Shown piece after piece: positions 19,828 to 29,800 of a stretch of 64,000 bases of DNA. The position numbers were made by a program, and so were the translations under genes. The notes beneath the pieces were generated by a model. The model ran no database searches, was not told the origin of the DNA, and worked only from the letters and a program-made list of their open reading frames with translations. Position 1 is the first letter of the stretch. Every line of letters starts with the position of its first letter. Source of the stretch: Patescibacteria group bacterium (lineage in GTDB: Bacteria; Patescibacteriota; Minisyncoccia; Moranbacterales; DUUL01); NCBI GenBank assembly GCA_034658815.1, contig JAYEFY010000020.1, forward strand, positions 11,966-75,965. The letters run 5' to 3'.

Positions 19828-21081
19828 TTATTCCTTCCTTAACGCGTCCATCGGGCTTAATCGTGCCGCTTTGATAGCCGGATATATTCCGAAAATTACT
19901 CCCGTCAAGCTGGAAAAGGAAAGCGCGACCATAACAGACCAAAGCGTAACTTTGAATTCCAAAAAGTATCCCATCCTAAAGGCCGCGTATTCAGCGCCCA
20001 GCGAAACTAAAACTCCCACAATCACTCCAGCGATGCCTCCCAATAATGTCAAAAAAATAGCTTCGAACAAAAACTGCGCCAATATGCCGGAGTTTCTGGC
20101 TCCTACTGATTTCCTGAGTCCGATTTCAAAATACCTTTCTATGACCGTCACATACATAACATTCATGATCCCCGCCCCTCCAACAACAAGAGAAATGGAA
20201 GTGAGCGATAAAAGTAAAATATTGAGAACGGTAAAAACCTGCTCCAGTATGCCTTTGGCTTCAGCCATGGACATCACCGCGAAATCATCATCATCCGGAT
20301 CATCAATGTCATGCTGCTTTCTCATAATATCGTTCATTTGAATCGTAGTCAGTTCCGCTTTTTTCTCGTCTTTCATTTTAAACATAGCAAAAGTTATGTG
20401 ATCAGCTCCCATAACTTTTTTCTGCAGTGTTTTCAGTGGAACATAAATCAGCTTGTCAAAATCAAAAAAGCTGATAGCGCCTCTCTCTTTCAGCACGCCC
20501 ATCACCCTAAATGACTTTCCCCTTATCTTTATATTTTTTCCCACAGCATCTTCCTTTCCAAAAAAGGATTCTTTTATTCCACTTCCCAAGACCACTACTT
20601 GCTTCAGACCATCATCATCTTCTTCTGTGAACATTCTCCCAAATTCAATTTCCATTTTTTCGTCCACTTGAATAACATCCGCGGTTGTTCCCATAGTAAG
20701 AACTTGTTTGTTCTTATTTTTATAGCTGGTTATATCCTGGCTCATAATTCCCCCGTACCAAGCGCCAACGTTGGACAGTTTCGCGATTTCCTCAGCGTCT
20801 TCAATCTTTAAGGTCGTGATCTGCACTCCGCCCACCATGCCCCCTATATTTTGAGCGGATGTCTGGGCGGTTTTGGGAGTTTTAATTTCAATTTCAATAA
20901 TATCCGACCCGAAAGCTTCAATTTGGGAAATTACAAATCCTCTCACTCCCGCCCCCAGCGACAGAACGATTATTACCGCCGCCACTCCGATCACGATTCC
21001 CGTCAGCGAAAAAACCGTCCGCCCGACATTGGAACGAAGGCTTCTTAAGGCTAGTTTAATTGAGGTTAGTATTTCATGCAT
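19828..21081 (-). CDS. MacB/FtsX-type ABC permease
   Basis: VGGAGIMNVMYVTV.ER..EIGLRKSVGA; YPAIKAARLSPMDALR. Confidence 0.92.
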   Translation of the reverse strand: MHEILTSIKLALRSLRSNVGRTVFSLTGIVIGVAAVIIVLSLGAGVRGFVISQIEAFGSDIIEIEIKTPKTAQTSAQNIGGMVGGVQITTLKIEDAEEIAKLSNVGAWYGGIMSQDITSYKNKNKQVLTMGTTADVIQVDEKMEIEFGRMFTEEDDDGLKQVVVLGSGIKESFFGKEDAVGKNIKIRGKSFRVMGVLKERGAISFFDFDKLIYVPLKTLQKKVMGADHITFAMFKMKDEKKAELTTIQMNDIMRKQHDIDDPDDDDFAVMSMAEAKGILEQVFTVLNILLLSLTSISLVVGGAGIMNVMYVTVIERYFEIGLRKSVGARNSGILAQFLFEAIFLTLLGGIAGVIVGVLVSLGAEYAAFRMGYFLEFKVTLWSVMVALSFSSLTGVIFGIYPAIKAARLSPMDALRKE

Positions 21082-21098
21082 AAATCGTGCAACTCGCT

Positions 21099-21265
21099 TC
21101 TTGTAACTTATAACTCAAGATTAAATTTTTTTTTTATTCCTATCCCCCTTTTCTTTTCTCTTTCCCCCTTTGTAAAAGGGGGATCAAGGGGGATTTTGAG
21201 AGAGGGTTTCTTGGGTTATCTCGCCTACCGGGAGGCAGGCAAGTTACAAGCTTTGAGTTATAAGA
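21099..21265. repeat. Composite intergenic palindromic element
   Basis: CTTGTAACTT and CTTATAACTCAA arms recur inverted at 21241-21264 and enclose CCCCCTTTGTAAAAGGGGGATCAAGGGGGAT and GCCTACCGGGAGGCAGGC. Confidence 0.6.
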
Positions 21266-22513
21266 CTATTCGTATCTTAGCGATTCCATCGGACTGATAC
21301 GCGAGGCTTTGTAGGCCGGATATAATCCAAAAATTATTCCGATTAAAATGGAAACGGTAACCGCGATGACGATGGACCAGATTGAAATTAAGAACGGCCA
21401 GTTATATCCCAGTGATTGAATAACTACGGAAGCCAAAAGCGATATTGATACTCCTAAAATTATTCCGATCGTTCCTCCCAAAAAAGAAACGGTGGCCGAT
21501 TCAACCAAAAACTGCATCATAACATCGGTATTTTTCGCACCCAATGCTTTCCTTAATCCGACTTCTCTTATTCTTTGGTTCACCGTAATAAGCATAATGT
21601 TCATAATTCCCACTCCTCCGACAACCAGTGCCACGGAGCCTATGGCTAATAAAAAATATCTCAAGACATCGGTGATATCGCCTATCATTTCAACCGCCGA
21701 TGCTTGATCGCGAATCGTAAAATCATCATTGATCGGATCGTCAATATCGTGTTGATTTCTTAAAGTTACTTTAGCGTTGGCGACCGCAGAATCAACCAGA
21801 TCAGCTGATTTTACTTTCAGGCGGATAAATCCCAGATGATTAATTCCTAAAATTATTCTTTGGGCAGTGCGAAGTGGAATAAAAATACCGTCATCTTGGC
21901 TGGATACTCCAAAAGCCGTTGAGCCTCTTTCCTCAAAAACGCCGATGACGGTAAAATTATGCTTGTTGATTTTTACTTTCTTGTTTAACGAATTGACGGA
22001 GCCGAATAGATCTTCGGCGAGGCTGCTTCCCAATACCGCCACACGGGCCAAATTTCTCTCTTCGCCTTCAGTGAAAAATCTTCCCTGGGCGATTTCCGCG
22101 CTTTCTACGTCAATGTAACTGACAGTTGTTCCCGTAAATGATGCGTTTAAGTCGGTTTTCTCTTGGGAAACCGAAACAGTGCTCATTACATATCCGGCCG
22201 CCTCCTCAACTTCCGGGACATTTCTTCTTTTATTTAAAGCCAGCAGATCTTCATATTTAAGAGTGGTGGACGAAATTCCCATCAAAGCCGCCGGCGGGCC
22301 TTCTTCCTCCGAAGCGCCGGGCAAAATTCCGATTAAATTTGAGCCTACGCCCTTTACTTGATCTAAAATTAGTTCTTGGGCGGACTGGCCAATGGCCATA
22401 ATAATTATAACCGAAGCCACTCCGATAATAGTTCCCAGAATAGTTAAAAAAGAACGGAATTTCACCGCCAATAAATTCTTACAAGAAATTTTTACCGGAT
22501 TTATAATTTGCAT
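21266..22513 (-). CDS. MacB/FtsX-type ABC permease
   Basis: VGGVGIMNIMLITV.QRIREVGLRKALGA; YPAYKASRISPMESLRYE. Confidence 0.92.
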   Translation of the reverse strand: MQIINPVKISCKNLLAVKFRSFLTILGTIIGVASVIIIMAIGQSAQELILDQVKGVGSNLIGILPGASEEEGPPAALMGISSTTLKYEDLLALNKRRNVPEVEEAAGYVMSTVSVSQEKTDLNASFTGTTVSYIDVESAEIAQGRFFTEGEERNLARVAVLGSSLAEDLFGSVNSLNKKVKINKHNFTVIGVFEERGSTAFGVSSQDDGIFIPLRTAQRIILGINHLGFIRLKVKSADLVDSAVANAKVTLRNQHDIDDPINDDFTIRDQASAVEMIGDITDVLRYFLLAIGSVALVVGGVGIMNIMLITVNQRIREVGLRKALGAKNTDVMMQFLVESATVSFLGGTIGIILGVSISLLASVVIQSLGYNWPFLISIWSIVIAVTVSILIGIIFGLYPAYKASRISPMESLRYE

Positions 22514-22519
22514 AAAATT

Positions 22520-23251
22520 TTACTTCAGTGCTTCTCCCTCTCTCGCTTCCGCCTGTTTTTCAACTATTTTATCCAAAACGATTTTTCCGTCTTTCATTTC
22601 CAATATTCTTTTGGCGTGCTGAGCAGTATAGGTTTCGTGGGTTACTAAAACAATAGTATGCCCTTGATCATTAAGTTTTTGCAATATCCTCATTATCTGG
22701 ACTCCCGCTTTTGAATCCAGATTTCCCGTCGGCTCATCGGCGAAAATGATATCCGGATTATTCACCAATGCCCGCGCGATAGCCACCCTCTGTTTTTCTC
22801 CCCCGGAAAGCTGGTTGGAAAAATGATTGATCCTATGGCTCATCATTGTTGCTTCCAGCGCTTCCAGAATTTTTTCCTTATTTTTTCTACGGCTGGAAAG
22901 TTCCCGATCGTATAAAAGCGGCAATTCCACATTTTCAAAAACAGTCGTGCGCGGAAGAAGATTAAAAGTTTGGAAAACAAATCCGATCTTTTTATTCCTG
23001 ATCTCTGCCAATTCATCATCGGAAAATTTTTTAGAGTTTTTTCCCTCAAAAAAATATTCGCCCGATGTCGGACGGTCCAGCAATCCCAGCATATGCATCA
23101 AGGTGGATTTTCCTGATCCGGAAGGACCCATAATCGCCACGAATTCTCCGCTTTGAATATCAAAAGAAACTCCGTCCAGTGCCCGGGTTTCCACGCCGTC
23201 CCCGCCGTATATTTTAGTTAAATTCTTGACTCGGATTAGAGGTGTTGACAT
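22520..23251 (-). CDS. ABC transporter ATP-binding protein (LolD/MacB type)
   Basis: [33 protein letters not shown]. Confidence 0.95.
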   Translation of the reverse strand: MSTPLIRVKNLTKIYGGDGVETRALDGVSFDIQSGEFVAIMGPSGSGKSTLMHMLGLLDRPTSGEYFFEGKNSKKFSDDELAEIRNKKIGFVFQTFNLLPRTTVFENVELPLLYDRELSSRRKNKEKILEALEATMMSHRINHFSNQLSGGEKQRVAIARALVNNPDIIFADEPTGNLDSKAGVQIMRILQKLNDQGHTIVLVTHETYTAQHAKRILEMKDGKIVLDKIVEKQAEAREGEALK

Positions 23252-23288
23252 AAGCAAGTATTATATATCCTACAAAGCTATAAATATT

Positions 23289-24290
23289 TTATTCTTTTTT
23301 TACAAGCATTACTACTTCATCTCCTTCTTTCAATCCCGAAATAATTTCAACATTCCCGTCGTCTCCGCGCAAGCCGGTTTTTACTTCAACTTTTTTTACT
23401 TCGCCGTTTTCTAAAAGAACTTGAACAATTTTCGCGCCGTTCTCGCTTTCCACCGCCCTCTCCGGAACTACCAAAACACTATTTTCTTGGGCTGTAAGAA
23501 TATCAATATCGGCGCTCATTCCTGTTTTAAGCCGCTGGTCAATATTTTCCAGTTTTAACTTAACTTTATAATAAACAACATCCTGAATTATAGTGGCGGC
23601 CGGTTCAATCTCAAAGATCTCCGCTTTGAATATTTCATCGGAAGGCAAAGCGTCAAAAGTGATATCGGCTTTCTGCCCCAGGCTGACTTCCGCTATGTCC
23701 GATTCCGGAATATCGGCTTCTATTTTAAGTTCCCCTCTTTGAATAATAGAAACAACTGTTGCGCCTATACCGGTAACTTCCCCGGGTTCTGCGTTGCGCT
23801 CCGACACAATACCTTTAATGGGAGAATGTAAAACTGTTTTTCCAAGCTGTTCTCTGGTTATTTGGACACTGGCGCGCGCTTGATCTACCGCCAGTTTTTT
23901 AGCCGCTCTTTCTTCCGGTTTCAGATCATCCCATTTTCTTCGGCTAAGACCCAGATTTTCCCGCTGTATATCCAACGCTACTTGCGCGCCCCAAAGTTGT
24001 GCTTTAATAACGCCATCGCCAATCATGGCAACAACTTGTCCATCTTCTACTTCATCGCCCACTTTAACCTCAATTGATCTGATCTTCCCTCCAGTTTCAA
24101 AAGCCAAGTCCGCTCGCTTTTCCGGCGTTATCTCACCGGTAACGGAAATTGTTCGAAAAATGTCATTTTTTTGAACAACTTCCGTTATATATTCCTCTTT
24201 TTCTCCTCCACGATTCAAAACTACAACAATTATTATAATAACAGTTATCGCCAGTAACGACCAAAGCGCAATTTTTCTATTTTTTGCCAT
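23289..24290 (-). CDS. Efflux periplasmic adaptor subunit (MacA/HlyD-like)
   Basis: N-terminal TM, GKIRSIEVKVGDEV lipoyl half, LKTGMSADIDI. Confidence 0.9.
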   Translation of the reverse strand: MAKNRKIALWSLLAITVIIIIVVVLNRGGEKEEYITEVVQKNDIFRTISVTGEITPEKRADLAFETGGKIRSIEVKVGDEVEDGQVVAMIGDGVIKAQLWGAQVALDIQRENLGLSRRKWDDLKPEERAAKKLAVDQARASVQITREQLGKTVLHSPIKGIVSERNAEPGEVTGIGATVVSIIQRGELKIEADIPESDIAEVSLGQKADITFDALPSDEIFKAEIFEIEPAATIIQDVVYYKVKLKLENIDQRLKTGMSADIDILTAQENSVLVVPERAVESENGAKIVQVLLENGEVKKVEVKTGLRGDDGNVEIISGLKEGDEVVMLVKKE

Positions 24291-24337
24291 ATTTATTGAA
24301 TTATTTCGATATATTGCAGTTATTTTCGAATTATCTT

Positions 24338-25174
24338 TTACTTTTTGCGTGACAATCGCAAAACATTTTTTAAGAGTGTTGCGACAGTTACCAGTCCAAC
24401 GCCTCCCGGAACCGGCGTAACGTATAATGCAACTTCCGATACATTATCAAAATCAACATCTCCGCGTATTATGCCATTTTCTTGATTAACACCGACATCG
24501 ATAACCACGGTTCCGGATTTTACCATATTTTTTGTTATAAGATGTTTCTTGCCGGCTGCCACCACAAGAATATCAGCGTTGCGAGTATGTCTTTTAAGGT
24601 CTCTTGTTTTATCATGGCATATCACCGTTGTCGCTCCTTTTTCAACCAGCATAAGCGCAATTGGCTTACCGGCAATGTTGGAGCTTCCGACCACAACAGC
24701 GTCTTTCCCTTTGATAGCGGCATTACATTCTTTGAGTATTTTCATTACGGCCAAAGCGGTAACCGGAATTACTCTTGCTTCTTCACTTCCATATTCACAA
24801 AACAGGCCAAAATTCAGCGGGTGCAAGCAATCAACATCTTTCTCGGGATCAATTCTTTCAAGAGCTTCCCGTTCAATAATTTGCTTTGGCAGAGGAAGCT
24901 GAATTAGAATGGCATCAACGTCCACATCACCATTAAGCCTATCTATTTCGGCAAGCAAATTCCGGTGAGTTATGTTCTCCGAAAGAACGATTTTTCTTGA
25001 TTTAATTCCCGCTCGAACACACTGCTCTTCCTTTTTATGGATATATGTCTCGCTGGACGGATCTTCTCCAACCAAAAACATTGCCAAAACAGGTTTTCTG
25101 TCCATTAACTCTGTTTCACTGCGAACTTCATCTATAATTTTCTCCGCAATAGCTTTGCAGTTAACCGCGTGCAT
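24338..25174 (-). CDS. folD: Methylenetetrahydrofolate dehydrogenase/cyclohydrolase
   Basis: LIQLPLP, PEKDVDCLHP, TPVPGGVG. Confidence 0.95.
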   Translation of the reverse strand: MHAVNCKAIAEKIIDEVRSETELMDRKPVLAMFLVGEDPSSETYIHKKEEQCVRAGIKSRKIVLSENITHRNLLAEIDRLNGDVDVDAILIQLPLPKQIIEREALERIDPEKDVDCLHPLNFGLFCEYGSEEARVIPVTALAVMKILKECNAAIKGKDAVVVGSSNIAGKPIALMLVEKGATTVICHDKTRDLKRHTRNADILVVAAGKKHLITKNMVKSGTVVIDVGVNQENGIIRGDVDFDNVSEVALYVTPVPGGVGLVTVATLLKNVLRLSRKK

Positions 25175-25223
25175 TATTATTGATAACTTCTAAAATATTA
25201 TTGAATCCGCGTTTTATGATTTT

Positions 25224-25637
25224 TTACCAGCGTTGATAAAAAGTCTTAAGCGCGAAATAAAGCATTGCCAAACCATAGATGATCACAATAGAAATTCCGA
25301 TCCAATAACACGGGCTGCCAAATAATCCGTTATTTCCATCATGTAAAAACACGGAAAGCCCAAAAAACACAACTGCGATCGGAATAAAATATTTCGAAAA
25401 TGATATAAGTTCTTTCCACTCTTTTTCAGATCCAACGATTCTCAAAAACATTGAGACAGTTAAAATGACAAGTGAAACAATAAATAGCATGTTACTGGCT
25501 GTTGATGTATTTATTGAATTTTGTCCCAACCGCATCATCTCCCCATGAGGAAAAAATGAATCGATTATAACAACAATCAAAAACAAAAAAAGCGCCACTA
25601 TGATCCCCAATCTTGAAATCGACTTAAGTGCTTTCAT
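25224..25637 (-). CDS. Hypothetical 4-TM membrane protein
   Basis: Hydrophobic ORF between glyA and folD, same strand. Confidence 0.7.
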   Translation of the reverse strand: MKALKSISRLGIIVALFLFLIVVIIDSFFPHGEMMRLGQNSINTSTASNMLFIVSLVILTVSMFLRIVGSEKEWKELISFSKYFIPIAVVFFGLSVFLHDGNNGLFGSPCYWIGISIVIIYGLAMLYFALKTFYQRW

Positions 25638-25653
25638 TTGTCGTAATCAACTA

Positions 25654-26901
25654 TTAGGCGCTTGGAATTGGAAACTGTAGACAAAATTCATGTACTTCGT
25701 TCTTTATCTTTTTTAAAGATACTTTACCGTCTTTACACTCAATCGTTTTATTGACCCAACCGACAATTTTTTTTACTTCTTCTTCTTTCATTCCGCGTGT
25801 TGTCATGGCAGGTGTCCCAAACCGTACTCCGGAAGGATTCATCGGCGGATTTGGATCGTTCGGAACTGTTGACCGGCTCACCGATATTCCAATCCTTTCA
25901 AGCAATTGTTCAACTTCCTTTCCCGTAATTCCCTTGTTTGCCATATCAACAACCATGAGATGATTATCGGTTCCACCGGAAATTACTTTGTAGTCCATTT
26001 TTAAAAATTCATCAGCCATTGTTCGCGCATTTATAATAACTTGTTTGGCATATTGCTTAAAATCTTCTCCAAGCGCTTCTCCAAATGCAACTGCCTTAGC
26101 CGCCGTAATATGGTCATGGGGACCGCCTTGTATTCCCGGAAACACAGCTCTGTTAACATCATTCGCGTATTTCTCTTTACACATTATTATTGCCCCGCGC
26201 GGACCGCGAAGCGTTTTGTGCGTTGTTGTTGAAACAACATCAAACAAAGGAACCGGATTATCCATTTTTCCCGCGGAGATCAGACCGGCTGTATGCGCGA
26301 TATCAGCAAATGTATACGCGCTAATCTCGTCAGCAATTTCCTTAAAACGCTTCCATTTTATCTCGCGGGAATATGCGCTGAATCCGGCAACGATCATTTT
26401 CGGCTTTTCTTTTCTGGCAATTTTCGCAACTTCTTCCATATCTATCCTTCCAGTTTCAGAATCAACCTCATATTGAACAAAATTATAAAGCATCCCGGAA
26501 AAATTCACCGGATGGCCATGCGACAAATGGCCTCCATGATCAAGCTTTAGCCCCATCACCTTGTCTCCCGGTTTCAGAAAAGCAAAGTAAACAGCGGCAT
26601 TGGCCGGTGATCCTGAAAGGGGCTGTACATTTACACATTCGGCGTTAAATAATTTTTTCGCGCGCTGAATCGCAATATTCTCAACATCATCTATGATCCA
26701 GTTTCCACCATAGTACCTATGTCCGGGATATCCTTCGGAGTATTTGTTCGTTAATACGGTTCCCATTGTTTCAAGCACCGCTTTGGAAACGTAATTTTCG
26801 GACGCAATAAGCTCTAACTCACCTGCCTGACGCCGGGCTTCACGCCGTACAACATCCATTACTTCAGGATCTTGTTTTTCAAGAAATTTATAGGTTAACA
26901 C
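25654..26901 (-). CDS. glyA: Serine hydroxymethyltransferase
   Basis: LIASEN, YSEGYPG.RYYGG, TTTHKTLRGPRG. Confidence 0.97.
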   Translation of the reverse strand: MLTYKFLEKQDPEVMDVVRREARRQAGELELIASENYVSKAVLETMGTVLTNKYSEGYPGHRYYGGNWIIDDVENIAIQRAKKLFNAECVNVQPLSGSPANAAVYFAFLKPGDKVMGLKLDHGGHLSHGHPVNFSGMLYNFVQYEVDSETGRIDMEEVAKIARKEKPKMIVAGFSAYSREIKWKRFKEIADEISAYTFADIAHTAGLISAGKMDNPVPLFDVVSTTTHKTLRGPRGAIIMCKEKYANDVNRAVFPGIQGGPHDHITAAKAVAFGEALGEDFKQYAKQVIINARTMADEFLKMDYKVISGGTDNHLMVVDMANKGITGKEVEQLLERIGISVSRSTVPNDPNPPMNPSGVRFGTPAMTTRGMKEEEVKKIVGWVNKTIECKDGKVSLKKIKNEVHEFCLQFPIPSA

Positions 26902-26925
26902 AGAAAGAATTAAGTCAATATTTAA

Positions 26926-27348
26926 TTATTTTTCCAAACTAAAAAAATAATGCCACCAGTAGTAGTAATTTGCATGATGAACTATCACCTGCAACTCATT
27001 CTCCTTTTCGCTTTGAGTCGGCCTCCCTGAGAGTCCATGTTCTTTAACCAAAACCAGCTGTTCTCCTTCTTTGATCAGATTGAGCTTGTCTTTTACTTCT
27101 TTTTCCTTAAAATCATCCGTTTGAAGATAGGCTATAAGTCCATCTAAGTCTTGATTTTCCTGGCTTAGCCTGTCAATTTCCGTCTGAAGCCCTTCAACTT
27201 CCTTATCAATCTTATTTTGCTTGTATATCTGATGAGATAATTTGTAAGTAATAAAAAAAAGCAAAACCAAAAGAAACCCTGCTAGAATAAGATAAGAAAT
27301 TACTTTCATAATTGAACGCTTCTTTGTTGTCTCGCTCTTCTGTCTCAT
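26926..27348 (-). CDS. Septum formation initiator (FtsB/DivIC family)
   Basis: One TM, coiled coil, EKEVKDKLNLIKEGE, C-terminal NYYYWWHYFF. Confidence 0.75.
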   Translation of the reverse strand: MRQKSETTKKRSIMKVISYLILAGFLLVLLFFITYKLSHQIYKQNKIDKEVEGLQTEIDRLSQENQDLDGLIAYLQTDDFKEKEVKDKLNLIKEGEQLVLVKEHGLSGRPTQSEKENELQVIVHHANYYYWWHYFFSLEK

Positions 27349-27393
27349 TGCCGTAAAACATCAAAATCGAACAGTGAACAATTAATGAATATT

Positions 27394-27468
27394 GGGACTG
27401 TTTGCCCCGCTCTGCTCGCAAGCAGCGGGGCAACGCCCTGCCGTTCACGAATAGCGGGGAAAACACCT
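27394..27468. repeat. Family-A-related palindromic element
   Basis: GGGACTGTTTGCCCCGCT...AGCGGGGCAA...GTTCACGAATAGCGGGGAAAACACC; the second half resembles 46755-46782. Confidence 0.6.
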
Positions 27469-27475
27469 TAAAAAA

Positions 27476-27586
27476 TCATAGCGATTGTAATAGAGGAACG
27501 ATCGTAAAAAGCACCATTCCCAATACCGCGATCAGGGATATGATAATCCAAACAACTCTAACTTTTTTTCTTGTTCGCTTAAGCAT
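27476..27586 (-). CDS. Small single-TM protein, 36 aa
   Basis: Translated by hand: MLKRTRKKVRVVWIIISLIAVLGMVLFTIVPLLQSL. Confidence 0.6.
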   Translation of the reverse strand: MLKRTRKKVRVVWIIISLIAVLGMVLFTIVPLLQSL

Positions 27587-27692
27587 ACGTTTATTATACC
27601 ATATTGTATCTTATATTAAAACGCATTTGCTTGTTTTTAGCAAATATGGGACTATTCACAAACTAGCTTCCTGCCTTTCGTTTGCCATGCCA

Positions 27693-27720
27693 TTGACTTT
27701 GCGCTGTTGAGTGATACAAT
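27693..27720 (+). promoter_or_regulatory. Sigma70 promoter of rpmH
   Basis: TTGACT-16 nt-TACAAT with extended -10 (TGn). Confidence 0.6.
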
Positions 27721-27770
27721 TTTATTTAGTGAAAAAACTGAGATCAAAAAATTAGTAATGTAGGATTATT

Positions 27771-27908
27771 ATGCCAAAACGAACGTATCAACCAAAAAAG
27801 AAGCGTCGAGCGCGCAGACACGGTTTTTTGAAGCGCTCTCTGACTAAAGACGGGCGCAACGTGATCAAGAGAAGAAGGAGAAAAGGGCGGAAACGGCTTT
27901 CAGTTTAA
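27771..27908 (+). CDS. rpmH: 50S ribosomal protein L34
   Basis: Translated by hand: [45 protein letters not shown]. Confidence 0.97.
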   Translation: MPKRTYQPKKKRRARRHGFLKRSLTKDGRNVIKRRRRKGRKRLSV

Positions 27909-27937
27909 AGTAAGGATGTTGAATTTATTATGCACTT

Positions 27938-28291
27938 ATGTTATCAAAACATTATCGCCTTAAAAGTACAAGTGATATTAGAAATGTTTTCGCAAATGGA
28001 AAATCGACTCGGTGCGGTTTTTTGTTTTTGAGGTATTTTCCGAATTCGTTGAGTACTACTCGAGTCATGCTTAGTATCGGTTCATCATATTCGAAAAATG
28101 CCGTCAAAAGAAACGCGATAAGACGAAAATTCCGAGTAATATCCTCAAAACACATCAAAAATATAAAAAAGGGTTATGATTGCGTGTTTTTTCTAAGGAA
28201 AGCTGGTGCCGAAAATATTAATTCTATTGAAACACTTGAGAAACATATTCTTAAATGCCTTAAAAAAGCAGATTTGCTAAGAAATAAATAA
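27938..28291 (+). CDS. rnpA: RNase P protein component
   Basis: AVKRNAIRRK (RNR motif); follows rpmH. Confidence 0.92.
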   Translation: MLSKHYRLKSTSDIRNVFANGKSTRCGFLFLRYFPNSLSTTRVMLSIGSSYSKNAVKRNAIRRKFRVISSKHIKNIKKGYDCVFFLRKAGAENINSIETLEKHILKCLKKADLLRNK

Positions 28292-28319
28292 TGGGACTAC
28301 TCCCATAATACCTTAAATT

Positions 28320-29123
28320 ATGATCGGTTTCATCAAAACATTTTTTTCATTTCTCGTTTTTCAGCCGTTATATAACGCGCTGATCATCCTGTATGTAATT
28401 ATTCCTGATATTGGCGCCGCAATAATCCTGCTTACGGTTATTATCCGCTTTTTGCTGGTGCCCATTTCAAAAAAATCGATTGCTTCCCAGAAAAGAATGC
28501 AGGATATCCAGCCGGAATTGAAAAAGATCCAAAAAAAATACAAGCATGACAGAGCGCTACAAGGGAAAAAAGTCATGGAATTTTATAAAGAGAAAAAAGT
28601 CAATCCGACATCGGGATGTCTGCCTATGATCATTCAGCTTGTGTTTTTGATTGCGTTATACCGCGTATTTATAGTTGGGCTTGGTCCGGATGCTCCAACT
28701 GAGTTATTATATAGTTTCGTCAAGAATCCCGGGCAATTGAATCCGATTGCTTTTGGTTTTTTTGACCTATCAGTACCAAGTATTCCTTTAGCGGTTGTTG
28801 CCGCTGCCTTGCAATTTTATCAAGCAAAAATGATGATGAGAAAACAAGAAAAAGAAAAAGAAAAAAGAAAAGATAAGAAGGATGGCAAGAATAAAGACAA
28901 GGGTGAAACCGAACCGGATTTTTCTACAATGATACAGCAACAACTTGTTTACATGGGACCTGTCATAACATTAATAATTGGCGTGCAATTTGCCGCCGGT
29001 TTGATCCTATACTGGGCCATAACAACAATATTTATGATCGTTCAGCAGCATTTTGTTCTCAGTGAGGATGATAAGAAAGAAGAAAAGTTGAACAAGCGTT
29101 TAGCGCCATCTGGCAATAAATAA
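28320..29123 (+). CDS. yidC: Membrane protein insertase YidC, short form
   Basis: MQDIQPELKKIQKKYK, NPTSGCLPMIIQ, GLILYWAITTIF. Confidence 0.93.
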   Translation: MIGFIKTFFSFLVFQPLYNALIILYVIIPDIGAAIILLTVIIRFLLVPISKKSIASQKRMQDIQPELKKIQKKYKHDRALQGKKVMEFYKEKKVNPTSGCLPMIIQLVFLIALYRVFIVGLGPDAPTELLYSFVKNPGQLNPIAFGFFDLSVPSIPLAVVAAALQFYQAKMMMRKQEKEKEKRKDKKDGKNKDKGETEPDFSTMIQQQLVYMGPVITLIIGVQFAAGLILYWAITTIFMIVQQHFVLSEDDKKEEKLNKRLAPSGNK

Positions 29124-29142
29124 CTATATAAATTATACTGCG

Positions 29143-29643
29143 ATGCAACTTGATGAGAGAAAAAAACTTATTGAAGATGTAACTAAAGAATTTCTGAATA
29201 AAATGGGATTTGATGTAACAATATATACCGCGACAACAGTTACTCCTGCAGAAACGGAAACTGGAATAATCAACCCTATCTCAGTTGAAATACAACTAAA
29301 TGAGTCAAAGTATCTTATTGGAAAACATGGAGTTAACTTGTCAGCGCTTCAGCATATTCTTCGTATTCTTGTGAGAAAAAAGGCTGGAGAGCAAATTAAT
29401 TTTAATGTTGATATTAACGGTTATCGCGAAAATCAATGTCAATCTATTGCCAATCTTGCCAATGAAATAGCTCAAAAAGTTTTTCACGAAAAAAAATCAG
29501 TTGTGTTACGATCCATGAACGCGTATGAGAGAAGGATCGTTCATGTTGAATTAGCAGATACAGAAGGAATTAAAACAGAAAGTATGGGCGAGGGAGAGGA
29601 ACGAAGAGTAATTATAAAGCCAGCCTCGATCAAAGACGAATGA
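29143..29643 (+). CDS. jag: Jag/KhpB (EloR) RNA-binding protein, KH + R3H, no Jag_N domain
   Basis: LIGKHGVNLSALQ, MNAYERRIVH, ESMGEGEERRV. Confidence 0.9.
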   Translation: MQLDERKKLIEDVTKEFLNKMGFDVTIYTATTVTPAETETGIINPISVEIQLNESKYLIGKHGVNLSALQHILRILVRKKAGEQINFNVDINGYRENQCQSIANLANEIAQKVFHEKKSVVLRSMNAYERRIVHVELADTEGIKTESMGEGEERRVIIKPASIKDE

Positions 29644-29800
29644 GGTTTTTAATATAAAAGACTAAAATGGTTCAAGGCAGGATCCATCAAACCTACAAGA
29701 AGGCATCTGCTCCATAGTTAGTTCCCGCCAAAATGTCCTGCATGTTCAGAAACAGTCCCGATATAAATACTTTAAACTTTTCGTTTTTGCTTATTTTATA

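Noticed and set aside
19706-20341. 211-aa + strand ORF and the other long antisense ORFs over clpB, htrA, gap and gyrB
   Set aside because: They overlap well-supported genes on the opposite strand and have no recognisable motifs
27590-27770. oriC upstream of rpmH
   Set aside because: No dnaA gene and no TTATCCACA boxes seen
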